DNA of 64,000 nt, taken from positions 1 to 64,000 of the IMG/VR virus record IMGVR_UViG_3300034782_000062. One strand, 5' to 3'. A program made the position numbers and the translations under genes. A model generated the notes under the pieces. It worked only from the letters and a program-made list of their open reading frames with translations, was not told the DNA's origin and searched no databases. Below are positions 44,312 to 53,541 of the stretch, one piece after another; within the stretch, counting starts at the first letter, position 1, and the number at the start of each line of letters is the position of its first letter. The DNA comes from a virus.

Positions 44312-44325
44312 CCGAGACGATTACA

Positions 44326-44378
44326 AGACTACGTTCGTCCTGAGGACGATGTCAAGCGTATTTAACGTCTTCAAGACG
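44326..44378 (-). promoter_or_regulatory. Promoter TTGACA-N18-TAGTCT with two CRTCYTSARGAYG palindromes (44336-44348 in the spacer, 44366-44378 upstream)
   Basis: Read from the sequence in the intergenic gap before the core/capsid operon. Confidence 0.7.
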
Positions 44379-44455
44379 TTTTTTCTTTAAAAAGAACCCT
44401 TAAGTAGGCAGGAACTCAGAAAATCGGAGAGACGAGCGCGAGCTTTTATCTGACT

Positions 44456-44665
44456 CTATCCCTGACGGCAGCGCTGCAGGCGCAACTGTGCTGCTCGATG
44501 CTCCAGCGTCGCCAAATGCAACTCATGTTCTCGCAAACGCAATTCTTCTTCGTATGATGCACAAAGCGAAACAGCTCTAGCGGGCGGCACGGGGGCATGT
44601 GTTCTCACACGAGTAGGTGCTGCTGCACCTAGCCCACCCTGCACCCTCTGATACTCGTAAGACAT
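44456..44665 (-). CDS. Small MSYEY-GGLG leader protein
   Basis: AAGGAGGAG SD, ATG 44665; coiled-coil tail. Confidence 0.65.
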   Translation of the reverse strand: MSYEYQRVQGGLGAAAPTRVRTHAPVPPARAVSLCASYEEELRLREHELHLATLEHRAAQLRLQRCRQG

Positions 44666-44675
44666 GCTCTCCTCC

Positions 44676-45179
44676 TTAATCGATTGCGCCTTCTTCACGC
44701 AAACGTTCTTTCTGCTTGTAGCCGATGTAGAGTCCGACAGCGAAAGGAACGAGACCAGAGCCTCCAACGTAACGACCGCTGCCCTGACTCACACTTTCGA
44801 GGCCAGCAGAGACGATGGTCAGCACGATGCCCGCGCCAATACCAGCAAGACCGCCGTAGATGGCACCCTTCTTCGCCGCCTCCTTCTTGTATCCCTTCGC
44901 TCCGGTAATCGCTGCACCAGCAGCTCCGAGCGCGAACGGCATGGCAATTCCAATCACGACGATCCCAAGCAGGAGAAGAGCGAGTGCCCCGACGCCAGCT
45001 CCGATGGCAAGAGCCCTCGTTCCGTTGTCTGCAGGAGCTGGAACGCCCGTATCAACAAAAGCCTGATCTTCGAGCTGCAAACCAGGAACGGTAACTGCCA
45101 CCGGCTCAGCGCCGTTGCCATTTGTACCAAGTCCGAATCCCATCATCGACTCGTAAGTCGCTGGAGTGTACTCGTACAT
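44676..45179 (-). CDS. MYEY-GFGLGTNG leader multi-TM protein
   Basis: Leader plus 3-4 Gly/Ala-rich hydrophobic helices. Confidence 0.75.
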   Translation of the reverse strand: MYEYTPATYESMMGFGLGTNGNGAEPVAVTVPGLQLEDQAFVDTGVPAPADNGTRALAIGAGVGALALLLLGIVVIGIAMPFALGAAGAAITGAKGYKKEAAKKGAIYGGLAGIGAGIVLTIVSAGLESVSQGSGRYVGGSGLVPFAVGLYIGYKQKERLREEGAID

Positions 45180-45188
45180 CGTCCCCTC

Positions 45189-45548
45189 CTACGCCCTTGC
45201 GCGAGAAGCAAGACGCTGCGCTCGATCCAGCTCGTAGCTTGCCCTCAGCTCTCGCTCCCATTGCTTCTGTTGCCAAATCCCGACGACCGCACCTGCACCA
45301 GATGGAATAGCAAACGTTCGCAACCAGAACAGGACCCCACTCATCGGAACAATCGCCTGAGCGGCTTGTGCCAGCGCAACAGCAGCGACGCCGCCCTCAA
45401 TGACGGCGTACTTGCGGTCCATTGGAGAAACGATGGCAGCAGCAGCTCCGCCGAGCGCGAACTGCGCCAGGACAAGTCCGAAGTTCCCCATCGAGGTCTC
45501 CGGTTGCCCCATCCCAACAGCTTCTTCCCAATATCCCAGCATCGCCAA
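45189..45548 (-). CDS. Small three-TM protein (GMG near N-terminus)
   Basis: GGAG SD; hydrophobic helices. Confidence 0.7.
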   Translation of the reverse strand: MAMLGYWEEAVGMGQPETSMGNFGLVLAQFALGGAAAAIVSPMDRKYAVIEGGVAAVALAQAAQAIVPMSGVLFWLRTFAIPSGAGAVVGIWQQKQWERELRASYELDRAQRLASRARA

Positions 45549-45554
45549 TCTCCT

Positions 45555-45896
45555 TTATGACTTTTGAACGACGTCAAACACCTTGTGGGTGCCGCCCTTG
45601 AAGTTCTCCACCTGTTTTATGTCGCGCAGGTGCCCAATGATCCTAACGCGGTATGCCTTATGAGGACTTGTGGCGTAAGAGAATCGATAGCTTTGTGTCG
45701 AGCCCACGTAACAGTTGATATCGAGACGACCTACAACACGAGGCATAATCCCCGGATACCACTCGTCCAGCTCGGCCTGAAGCTCCCGGTTTGGAGCACG
45801 CTGCCCGCACGGTGCTACACGAAGAGTGACACTCCCACCAGACTGACCACCAGCAGCGCCACCCATCGAGCTTTTTGTTGTGTACTCGTAGCTCAT
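45555..45896 (-). CDS. MSYEY-leader soluble protein
   Basis: ATG 45896; SSMGG after the leader. Confidence 0.65.
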   Translation of the reverse strand: MSYEYTTKSSMGGAAGGQSGGSVTLRVAPCGQRAPNRELQAELDEWYPGIMPRVVGRLDINCYVGSTQSYRFSYATSPHKAYRVRIIGHLRDIKQVENFKGGTHKVFDVVQKS

Positions 45897-45897
45897 A

Positions 45898-46650
45898 TCA
45901 CCCCTCGATCCCATGTGAGGTGATGCGGAGGTTGGGGCCGTCTATGACACTCTCGACTCCTCCTCCGTCCAGGTTGATGATCGCCAAGAAAACTCGGTTC
46001 GGTCGCCGCGGATCAACCCACCCGTCAGGTGACGCGACCAAAACGTTCTTTCCCTTCATCGTACCCTCGGTGATCTCTCCAGTATCCAGGGGCCGAACGA
46101 CGAATCCAATACACTCTCCGATGAGCATCACCTCTTCTGGCCAACCGTAAGGAAGCTGCACTGGTTCGAGTGCGCCTCCCTCATCTGAAGGAACCATGAA
46201 CTTCACAACGTTTCGATCGTGATCGTGGTAGTACTCGACGGTCTCACCGCGCTGGTGCCATTTGTCACTCTCATAGAGCGTTCGCATTGCGACACCGAGT
46301 AAGCTCACCTGCTCAGGCCAGTCAACACCTTCCAGCTCGAATACCGAGTGCTCCTGCCCGTGAAAAGGGAAGACCGGTTCAAGTTTCTTGCGCGAGTGAA
46401 AGCGCTTGAACGTTTTCGCTGCAGCCTGCGCCGACCTTGCGTCGTTTCGCTCGATGGGCGAACCTGGGTTCGGACGCTGATGACGCAGCTCTCGCTGAAT
46501 CTTGTCATAGACCTCTTCAGCTCGCTCGCGAGTGACGGTGATCCCCTCACGAGCCTGCGTTGCGATGATCGTCCTGATCATCAGTTCGCGTCGTTCGATC
46601 GGGTCATTGAGAATATCGCGCACTTGGACGCGCCGCCTACTGCGAGCCAT
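45898..46650 (-). CDS. Hypothetical protein with an internal WPE.V.L.G repeat
   Basis: FKRFH, WPEQVSLLG / WPEEVMLIG, ends RITSHGIEG. Confidence 0.65.
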   Translation of the reverse strand: MARSRRRVQVRDILNDPIERRELMIRTIIATQAREGITVTRERAEEVYDKIQRELRHQRPNPGSPIERNDARSAQAAAKTFKRFHSRKKLEPVFPFHGQEHSVFELEGVDWPEQVSLLGVAMRTLYESDKWHQRGETVEYYHDHDRNVVKFMVPSDEGGALEPVQLPYGWPEEVMLIGECIGFVVRPLDTGEITEGTMKGKNVLVASPDGWVDPRRPNRVFLAIINLDGGGVESVIDGPNLRITSHGIEG

Positions 46651-46652
46651 GT

Positions 46653-47057
46653 CTACTCCATCTCCGACTCGAAGGTACCGAATCTTTCGTCCTGAGGACG
46701 ATTATCAAGTCTGGTTGTCAGCCAGAGAAGTGCCGTCGGAACGACGATCGCTAACCCAACGCACAGCCATGGATTGATCGGTGTCTGGGTGCTCACCTCG
46801 GAAACAATTTCACCCATTGCGAGAGAGCCTGTTCCAACATACTTCGCCCTTGGTGGAAGACTGTGGCCCGAGGTATCTGGGGCTTCGCCGAGAGCGCTTC
46901 CGAGCGCTGGCGAAAAAGGCGGCGGCGGGACTTCCTCACCGTACTTGGGACGATCAGGCTCTGGAGCCTGATAGTATTTGTACTTCCCGGTCGTCCAATC
47001 CCAAACGCTGTACATTCCATTGGTCGCGATCGCGCCGTAATTAACTCCGGGCCTCAC
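46653..47057 (-). CDS. C-terminally anchored membrane protein (YSVWD..YKYY)
   Basis: Pro-rich middle, terminal TM. Confidence 0.65.
   Translation of the reverse strand: MRPGVNYGAIATNGMYSVWDWTTGKYKYYQAPEPDRPKYGEEVPPPPFSPALGSALGEAPDTSGHSLPPRAKYVGTGSLAMGEIVSEVSTQTPINPWLCVGLAIVVPTALLWLTTRLDNRPQDERFGTFESEME
46688..46700. repeat. Palindromic motif (CGTCCTGAGGACG)
   Basis: Perfect match, near a gene junction. Confidence 0.8.
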
Positions 47058-47350
47058 AGCTCCTCCACCTCCTCCTGCTTAGACTTGTGCAAGAGGTACG
47101 CCCCAATGAGCACCATCGCCGGAACAGATGCCCACATCCATGGGCGCATCTGCTCGATCATCATTTGCGTCTGCAATTGCGCAACACGGGCTTGCTCTTC
47201 TTGTCGAATAGCCTGTTGCCTCTGTTGCTCCAGCCTCTCCCTCTCTCCCTCGGACACTGAACGCGATATGGCATAGCCAGCCCATCCCGTACCAACAACC
47301 AACGGAACGCCATACAACAGAGCAGGGACCCACCATGGATTTGGCTGCAT
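47054..47350 (-). CDS. Two-TM protein with a Gln-rich coiled linker
   Basis: Paralog of 47351-47623. Confidence 0.65.
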   Translation of the reverse strand: MQPNPWWVPALLYGVPLVVGTGWAGYAISRSVSEGERERLEQQRQQAIRQEEQARVAQLQTQMMIEQMRPWMWASVPAMVLIGAYLLHKSKQEEVEEL

Positions 47351-47623
47351 CTATCGCTCTCTCTTCCTTAGGATAAAATACATCCCCAGGATGGCTGTCG
47401 CTGGGATTGCGATCATCCCCATCGGAACGAGCAGCCCGTACATTGCTTGCGACTGAGCCGCCGCTGCACGTCGTCGCTGCTCCTCAATCTGCTGCTGCTG
47501 GTCCTGAACTTCCGTCGTTCCGTTCTGTTGAAACGCACCAAAGGCCATACCGGCAAAAATCAACGAACCACCGATGAGGATCGGATAGGCAGCAGCAGCA
47601 ATTGGTCCGAAGTTTCGCTCCAT
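47351..47623 (-). CDS. Two-TM protein with a Gln-rich coiled linker
   Basis: ATG 47623 (TGATG coupling). Confidence 0.65.
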   Translation of the reverse strand: MERNFGPIAAAAYPILIGGSLIFAGMAFGAFQQNGTTEVQDQQQQIEEQRRRAAAAQSQAMYGLLVPMGMIAIPATAILGMYFILRKRER

Positions 47624-48297
47624 CACGACCTCTTCTTGAACTTCCATGCGGCGTAAAGCATGAACATGGCCGCTGCAGAGGTCCCAATCACAAGAGCCCA
47701 TGGGAGCTGAATGCCAAGATCGAATCCACCTCCTGGTCCGGCCGGTACAAGAGTTCCGGCCATCCTCTGAGCATCAGCCGCAGAGAACCCCATCCGAAAG
47801 AGAGTCGCTTGATCCGGGGTCCCTGTCTGCGGAATACCACCGCGCGCTTGGGATGCCCGAATAGCCGCTGCGAATGACGTTGCTTCCCCAACACCATCAA
47901 TCGGACCCGGATCAATACCCATTGAGCAAAGACGCGATTGAATATCCCAAATGACCCGTGAACGAGACGTCGTCAGGCTGTTCCTGTCGACGCGATGGGA
48001 CTGACACGTCGCTACCGAAGGCTCTATCCGCCCACCAGCCTGAGTAGGACATGCCAGGAAAGGACGAGGCCAGTGGGGTGGACAGCACCACGTCGAACCA
48101 GCCACTCCCTCAACCGAACACGTCTGCCCTCTGGCAGAAGGAACGCATCCCCCCTCACGAGCACACGCCCCTGCATCTGCCGTATTCTCGAAGCATCGAG
48201 TGACACCCCCTCCAACAACTTCTGAGCAGGGGGGGTTACCAGAAATATCCGTCCAGCCGGGGCCGACGAGCCCGAGCCCTGTCGAGTACTCGTACAT
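47623..48297 (-). CDS. MYEY-GLG leader, six-Cys CCP domain, PG-binding domain, TM
   Basis: WCCPP; DIQSRLCSMGIDPGPIDG; TM followed by KFKKRS. Confidence 0.75.
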   Translation of the reverse strand: MYEYSTGLGLVGPGWTDISGNPPCSEVVGGGVTRCFENTADAGACAREGGCVPSARGQTCSVEGVAGSTWCCPPHWPRPFLACPTQAGGRIEPSVATCQSHRVDRNSLTTSRSRVIWDIQSRLCSMGIDPGPIDGVGEATSFAAAIRASQARGGIPQTGTPDQATLFRMGFSAADAQRMAGTLVPAGPGGGFDLGIQLPWALVIGTSAAAMFMLYAAWKFKKRS

Positions 48298-48950
48298 CAG
48301 CCCATCTCCTCTGAGAACAGCATGCGCTCTTCTCGCTTCCGGTCGAAGTAGCGCTTGCCGAGATAAGCCGCCGTCCCCAGGATGCCTACAGCAACCCAAA
48401 CCTTTGGATCGGACAGAATCTTTCCGATGCCAGTGATCGGCGTCGTCGTGATCCTCGCTGTCGGTGTCGATCCTTCAGGAGGAAGCTCTTTCGTCGGAGA
48501 CTGAACAGGCGGCTGCGTAGTCGTAGGAGGTTCCACCGTCGGAAGACCGGGAATCTCGGGCGGCAAAGGGAGCTGTGCCTCCTCCTCACGAATCTGAGCG
48601 GCCTCCGGAGTCTCGGGATCGGCCCGCGGTGTTCCACTCGGGCAGCAAAAGCAAAAACCGGGGTTACCAGAAGCAGTCTCACAGCGCTTCGGCTCATCTC
48701 CGGTGAGAAACGTCTGCATATTCTGAACGCAGCCGTAGAGGTTGGCGACGTTGAGGTCTGGAGGATAAACTTCACCAGCGTTCTGTGGATCCTCCATGAA
48801 GCAAACTTCGTCCGGAGGATACTGTCTTCCTACGTCATCCGTCGTACACATACACTGAGGACGACCAAAGAGCGGGGCCAAATCCCAACTGCTCATCACA
48901 GACCAGCCGAGAGCACCGAGACCGCCAGGTCTTCTGTTGTACTCGTACAT
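48297..48950 (-). CDS. MYEY-GGLGALG leader, CCP domain, Pro/Thr linker, TM
   Basis: FCCPSG; TM followed by KRYFDRKREE. Confidence 0.75.
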   Translation of the reverse strand: MYEYNRRPGGLGALGWSVMSSWDLAPLFGRPQCMCTTDDVGRQYPPDEVCFMEDPQNAGEVYPPDLNVANLYGCVQNMQTFLTGDEPKRCETASGNPGFCFCCPSGTPRADPETPEAAQIREEEAQLPLPPEIPGLPTVEPPTTTQPPVQSPTKELPPEGSTPTARITTTPITGIGKILSDPKVWVAVGILGTAAYLGKRYFDRKREERMLFSEEMG

Positions 48951-49402
48951 CAGATGTGCCCCTCTCTCTTCAAATACCGATACCCAAACCAGCCGCCGAC
49001 CCCGAGAGCCAACAACGCCACGACCGGACCAAACATCGAGGCAGATGCCACCTGCGGCAAAGCTGGAGGCTGAGGAGAAGTAGGCACTGGCTGAGGCTGC
49101 GGTTGCGGTTCTGGCTCTACCGGAGCTGGCTCGGCGGGCTGCACTGGGAAGTCTGGGAATCCAGGAGGACAGCACCAGACGGCACCAGCATTATTCTCCG
49201 CGGTGTTGCAAGGCCACCCAATTCGCTCACAAGCTCTGTCATAAGCGAACTGGTATTCATCCGGCTCCACGAAACAGTATTGATTCCCCCCTGGAAACTC
49301 CAAGCACTGCTTCTGTGTCCTCTCTCCGCTGAAGATCTGACCGAACGTTGGAGGTTCATTGACCTGCGACCAGCCCATCCCTCTGGGGTTGTATTCGTAC
49401 AT
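48950..49402 (-). CDS. MYEY-GMG leader, CCP domain, Pro linker, TM
   Basis: WCCPPG. Confidence 0.8.
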   Translation of the reverse strand: MYEYNPRGMGWSQVNEPPTFGQIFSGERTQKQCLEFPGGNQYCFVEPDEYQFAYDRACERIGWPCNTAENNAGAVWCCPPGFPDFPVQPAEPAPVEPEPQPQPQPVPTSPQPPALPQVASASMFGPVVALLALGVGGWFGYRYLKREGHI

Positions 49403-49405
49403 GGA

Positions 49406-49843
49406 TCAGAACTCCTCTTCGAGTTCCAGCTCTTCTCGCTTCGCCTCGTACTCCTTGTAGCCAAAAAAGGCGATGCCAGCGAGACCAAGTGCTCCAAGCC
49501 AGAACCACCACCGGCTCGATGACTGCTGAAACCATCGACCGATACCCGGTGGCGCAGGCGGCGCAGGCGGCGTCTGACCCGGTTCCAGAGGAGGCGACCC
49601 CGGTGGACGCGGCCAACCAGGAGGACAGCACCAGACGAGACCCGGGTTTCCAGCCGGTGAGGTGCTGCAAGGCTGATTGATCGGAGCGCACCCCTGAGCA
49701 CGAGCGAAATCTTGCTCGGGCGGCTGACCATCAACGGTCGTCGTTCGAAAACAGCGCTGCTCGTAGCCCGGATAGTCAGGACACATCGGATGACCGACGA
49801 CGTCCGACCAACCGAGGCCGTACATCTGCCTAAAACCGCCCAT
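49406..49843 (-). CDS. MYGLG leader, CCP domain, Pro linker, TM
   Basis: WCCPPGWPRP; acidic tail. Confidence 0.8.
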   Translation of the reverse strand: MGGFRQMYGLGWSDVVGHPMCPDYPGYEQRCFRTTTVDGQPPEQDFARAQGCAPINQPCSTSPAGNPGLVWCCPPGWPRPPGSPPLEPGQTPPAPPAPPGIGRWFQQSSSRWWFWLGALGLAGIAFFGYKEYEAKREELELEEEF

Positions 49844-50762
49844 AGCGCTCCTCCTCGAACTCGAACTCTTCTTCCTTCTTTCGAGTCATGTAGGCACCAA
49901 GGACGATGATCCCCAGAAGACCAAAGCCTGCAGCAGCCCACGGGACCCAGGATGGAAGTCCGGTTGTCGGAATCGAAGGCCCCATCGACGCGGTTTGAAC
50001 TCGCGGCGGTTGCTGCGCGACGCTGGGAGGCACAGGTAGCGGAGAAAACGATGGCTTCACTACGGTAGCGACACCCGTCGGGAACGTCGTTGGTGTAGTC
50101 GTAACGGGAGGAGGGCCGGATGGAACGGTCATCCTCTGAGCGACAGTCGGGAACTGCTGAACGACCTGTTGCCAGCTCTGGCGAGCAGCAAGGCATCGGA
50201 CGCCGGCCTCGGTCTCATCGCCCCATCGACCATCGACCCCATAGCGGGGGAGAGTACATCCAGCAGCAATGACTGCGTTCTGCACTGCCTCTACCTGAGG
50301 GTCGGGCGGCAAAACAGTGCGAGCAATCCTTCTTCCAGCGGCAGCAACATTCTCCGCAAATCTCGTCAGAAGACCCTCTGCCTCTACGATTTCTTCGGCC
50401 GTGGGCGCCGGAAGTCGATTCATTTCTTCAGGGCTCAGAGCTTCTGCAAAGGTCAAGTAGTAATCACAGTCACCGGGGATATTAGGAGGACTCATCACGT
50501 TGCAATATGTTGCAACTTCAAAATTGCTGCATGGGGCGCCGCCTGAATCTACTCGACACGCCTCTGCTGCCGTAAATAGTCGTCGACATTCCGTAAAGTC
50601 AGTGCCGATCCTGTCAGGGGCGAGGTTAAAACAGACGTCTCTGGCTTGTCCCCGAGAGAGAACACCTGTCTGAACGTCGCGAAGGAGATCGGCTCCATCA
50701 CGGCCTTCGCCGTTTGTGCCCAAAGCGCCAAGCCCACCAGGTGTTCTTCGGTATTCGTACAT
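49830..50762 (-). CDS. MYEY-GGLGALGTNG leader, Cys-rich helical domain, PG-binding domain, TM
   Basis: AVQNAVIAAGCTLPRYGVDGRWGDETEAGVRCL. Confidence 0.8.
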   Translation of the reverse strand: MYEYRRTPGGLGALGTNGEGRDGADLLRDVQTGVLSRGQARDVCFNLAPDRIGTDFTECRRLFTAAEACRVDSGGAPCSNFEVATYCNVMSPPNIPGDCDYYLTFAEALSPEEMNRLPAPTAEEIVEAEGLLTRFAENVAAAGRRIARTVLPPDPQVEAVQNAVIAAGCTLPRYGVDGRWGDETEAGVRCLAARQSWQQVVQQFPTVAQRMTVPSGPPPVTTTPTTFPTGVATVVKPSFSPLPVPPSVAQQPPRVQTASMGPSIPTTGLPSWVPWAAAGFGLLGIIVLGAYMTRKKEEEFEFEEERYGRF

Positions 50763-50780
50763 TTTAAATGTTTAACCTCT

Positions 50781-51464
50781 TTAATAGGCGCCTGTCGGTG
50801 CCTCGACCCAGCGTGCCTCTCTCTCTTCAATGTCCACGTCGCCGACACCTCGGCCGCTCATCAGGTACTGCATCAAGATGAAAAGACCGATACCACCAAC
50901 ACCCACTGCCAAAATGGTCCAAGTTGCGTTCCACTCAGAACGGGCCGGTGTAGGCTGAATCGGCTGCGAGGGTTGCGTTGCGACTGGCGCTGCTGCCGCT
51001 ACAGGCCGTGGACGAAATTCCTCCGGCACCTCCACCAAAGAAAGCACAACAGGATATCGCCCAACGATACTTCCCCATCCGACAGCCTGCGCCAAACAGT
51101 TGATCCCGGAACGCGTTTCGGACCCGAAGAGACCATCTGCGCCGTAGGTCGGCAGCCTACAGCCTGCTCGAAGAATAGCCATCTGAAGCTCGCGCACCTT
51201 GTCACGTCGAGGGCAGCAGTAGTACGCACCAGCGTCTGTGGCGTCTGGCTGAGCGCAATAGGGCTCACCACCAACCTGCACTCCAACACAAGCCCGACTG
51301 TCTGCTCGACCCTCCTGCCCGGAAGGAACGCAGGCGACCTCGCCATCAGCCATCGGGAAGTCGGCACTTCCACGGCATGATTGGCCGATCCAGCTCCATG
51401 CCCCATTGGAACCGAGTGCCCCAAGGCTCATCAAAGGCCGACGTGTTCTTGTCCGCATATACAT
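50781..51464 (-). CDS. LGALGSNG leader, CCP domain, PG-binding domain, TM
   Basis: YYCCP; ELQMAILRAGC...GADGLFGSETRSG. Confidence 0.8.
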   Translation of the reverse strand: MYMRTRTRRPLMSLGALGSNGAWSWIGQSCRGSADFPMADGEVACVPSGQEGRADSRACVGVQVGGEPYCAQPDATDAGAYYCCPRRDKVRELQMAILRAGCRLPTYGADGLFGSETRSGINCLAQAVGWGSIVGRYPVVLSLVEVPEEFRPRPVAAAAPVATQPSQPIQPTPARSEWNATWTILAVGVGGIGLFILMQYLMSGRGVGDVDIEEREARWVEAPTGAY

Positions 51465-51472
51465 GTCACACC

Positions 51473-51811
51473 TCACACAACGAAGGGAACGAGCGAGAAC
51501 GCTCTACCAATACCGTCCGCATAGGCGAACGTCGGCCCAATCGCCGGCCATGGGGCCAGCATATTCGGGTACATCGGCTCACTTCTAAGCTTGTTGTAAA
51601 GAGCAAAGCCGACGGCACCAACCGCCATCGCAAGAGCGACCTTTACCCAAAAATTGAACCGAGTCGCCTGATCCGTCACCATAGACGCCGTCTGCGTGAC
51701 CTGGTCTCCGTTCGTTCCCATTCCCTGAGGAAGGAGAGGTCGAGCAGGATTGTAGGGAACGAGGGTGCTCAGAGGAGAGAGCTGTCGACCCTTCGTCGTG
51801 TAGATGTACAT
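51473..51811 (-). CDS. MYIY...GMGTNG leader small TM protein
   Basis: TGATG coupling at 51809-51813. Confidence 0.65.
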   Translation of the reverse strand: MYIYTTKGRQLSPLSTLVPYNPARPLLPQGMGTNGDQVTQTASMVTDQATRFNFWVKVALAMAVGAVGFALYNKLRSEPMYPNMLAPWPAIGPTFAYADGIGRAFSLVPFVV

Positions 51812-52293
51812 CAGTATCCCTCCAGCTCCATCTCCTCCTGGCGATTCTTCGCCCATCGCCAGACGAGATATCCACCGATACCCATGACACCCACCGTCAC
51901 TAGGACGGTTCCGATGCCCATGCCGATACCGGCGCCCGCTGCGGTTGCAGCAGCAGGGATCATGGACGCCGCCACCTGCTGTCCATCTCTGGGTGCAGGA
52001 ATCGCTGCTGCTCGGGCCAGCTCAGCGTCGAGGACTCCAGGCGGGCAGCAGTAGAAAACTCCCTGGTTACCCTCATCGGTATAGCAGTGGTGGTTTCCTT
52101 GGAAGCCAACTGTTCTACATCCGATGCGCTGCAAGTATTGAATCTCGGCGGAGCGACCACAGATGAGGTCACTGCTCGGGTCCATTGGGTTCGCGGCTGG
52201 ACCTGAGCACGTTTGCTGAGAGAAACGATGTTCCTGACCTGGAACGGTAAAACCACCGGTCCAGCCAAGGCCTTGACGGGCTCTTGTATACAT
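51811..52293 (-). CDS. MY..GLG leader, CCP domain, TM
   Basis: FYCCPPG; ATG 52293. Confidence 0.75.
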   Translation of the reverse strand: MYTRARQGLGWTGGFTVPGQEHRFSQQTCSGPAANPMDPSSDLICGRSAEIQYLQRIGCRTVGFQGNHHCYTDEGNQGVFYCCPPGVLDAELARAAAIPAPRDGQQVAASMIPAAATAAGAGIGMGIGTVLVTVGVMGIGGYLVWRWAKNRQEEMELEGY

Positions 52294-52712
52294 CAGAATT
52301 GACCTCTTCTTTCTCGCTCCTCTTCCATTTTTGCTGTGACATAGGAGCCGATCATGATGATGCCGACGAGACCGACACCGGCAGCGGCCCATGGAAGCCA
52401 TGCTGGAGTCTGACCGTTTCCTGTGACTCGGGGAACGACAGAGGCGACCTGCTGCGCCACTCCCTGTTGTTGGGGAATTGTCATCCTCTGAGCGACCCAG
52501 GGCCAGCTCTGGAGAACGAAATCCCAACCGCGGCGCTCCGCGAGACAACGAGTACCCGCCTCGGTCTCTGAGCCCCATCGGCTGTCGCGGCCAAACCGCG
52601 GAAGAGAACAGCCGTTTTCGAGTATGGCACTCTGAATGGAACCAACCTGCTCCTCAGGCTCTGTTCCCAGGCCCATCATGCCCCGACGACTTCTGGTGGT
52701 GTACTCGTACAT
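52293..52712 (-). CDS. MYEY-MMGLG leader, PG-binding domain, TM
   Basis: SIQSAILENGCSLPRFGRDSRWGSETEAGTRCL. Confidence 0.8.
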   Translation of the reverse strand: MYEYTTRSRRGMMGLGTEPEEQVGSIQSAILENGCSLPRFGRDSRWGSETEAGTRCLAERRGWDFVLQSWPWVAQRMTIPQQQGVAQQVASVVPRVTGNGQTPAWLPWAAAGVGLVGIIMIGSYVTAKMEEERERRGQF

Positions 52713-52721
52713 GACGACCTC

Positions 52722-53519
52722 CTAATATCCGAGCGCGGCCAGCTCAGCCTCTTCCAGCTCGGCTTCTTCTTCCTCGCCCCTCTTGTAGAGGTAGTATCCG
52801 CCGGCTGCGAGAAGACCAACGCCTCCGAGAATGGCGAGCCAGCCCCACCAAGGCATTCCGCCAGGAACGATGCCAGCCTGCTGAATAGCAGGAGCACCCG
52901 GGGCGCCTGTCGTGGTGGTTGCTGCAGCTCCTCCGCTTGCATAGCGAACGCCGCCCTGTTCAGGGGTCTTCGACCCGGTCGCACCGGGGTCAAAGATCAT
53001 TCCGGATGGACGAGCCGCTCCGGAAGGATCGGCCATCAGTGTGCTGAGGAACGGGAAGCGCCCGGCCACGTTGGTCCAGCTCGTCTGGCCCACTGCGCAT
53101 TCGACACCACTGCGCGTGTTCGGCCCCCAGACACCATCAGCACCCGTTGAGCCGACAGAACAGCCTTGCTGGACAAGCCAGTTCTGCATCTGACGAATCT
53201 GATCACGGCTCACTGCCTGCTGGACGATCGTGCTGGGCTCTCCGGCACCAGGGCGCCCTGGCGGACAGCACCAGGTGTTTCCAGAAGCTCCCGATGATGT
53301 TCGGCAAGCCCCGGTGCCACCTCCCTGCTCAGGATACGTGACCTGGCACCCCTGGCTCACCATGAAGCCCTGTTCGCCGGTAGTAGCACAGGCAATCGTG
53401 CCACCTCCCTCACAAGGGATGCTCCGAGCGATTTCCCGACTCATCGGGATTTCCCAGTTGTACGACCACCCGAGCGCTCCCATGCCCAAACCACCGGGCT
53501 TCCTTACATATTCGTACAT
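52722..53519 (-). CDS. MYEY-GGLGMGALG leader, CCP domain, PG-binding domain, TM
   Basis: WCCPPGRP; QMQNWLVQQGC...GADGVWGPNT. Confidence 0.8.
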   Translation of the reverse strand: MYEYVRKPGGLGMGALGWSYNWEIPMSREIARSIPCEGGGTIACATTGEQGFMVSQGCQVTYPEQGGGTGACRTSSGASGNTWCCPPGRPGAGEPSTIVQQAVSRDQIRQMQNWLVQQGCSVGSTGADGVWGPNTRSGVECAVGQTSWTNVAGRFPFLSTLMADPSGAARPSGMIFDPGATGSKTPEQGGVRYASGGAAATTTTGAPGAPAIQQAGIVPGGMPWWGWLAILGGVGLLAAGGYYLYKRGEEEEAELEEAELAALGY

Positions 53520-53541
53520 TTTTAGCTCCTACTCTTTGCCC

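Noticed and set aside
44364-44385. Hairpin plus T-run as an intrinsic terminator
   Set aside because: The T-run is on the non-coding strand; better explained as a copy of the CRTCYTSARGAYG site.
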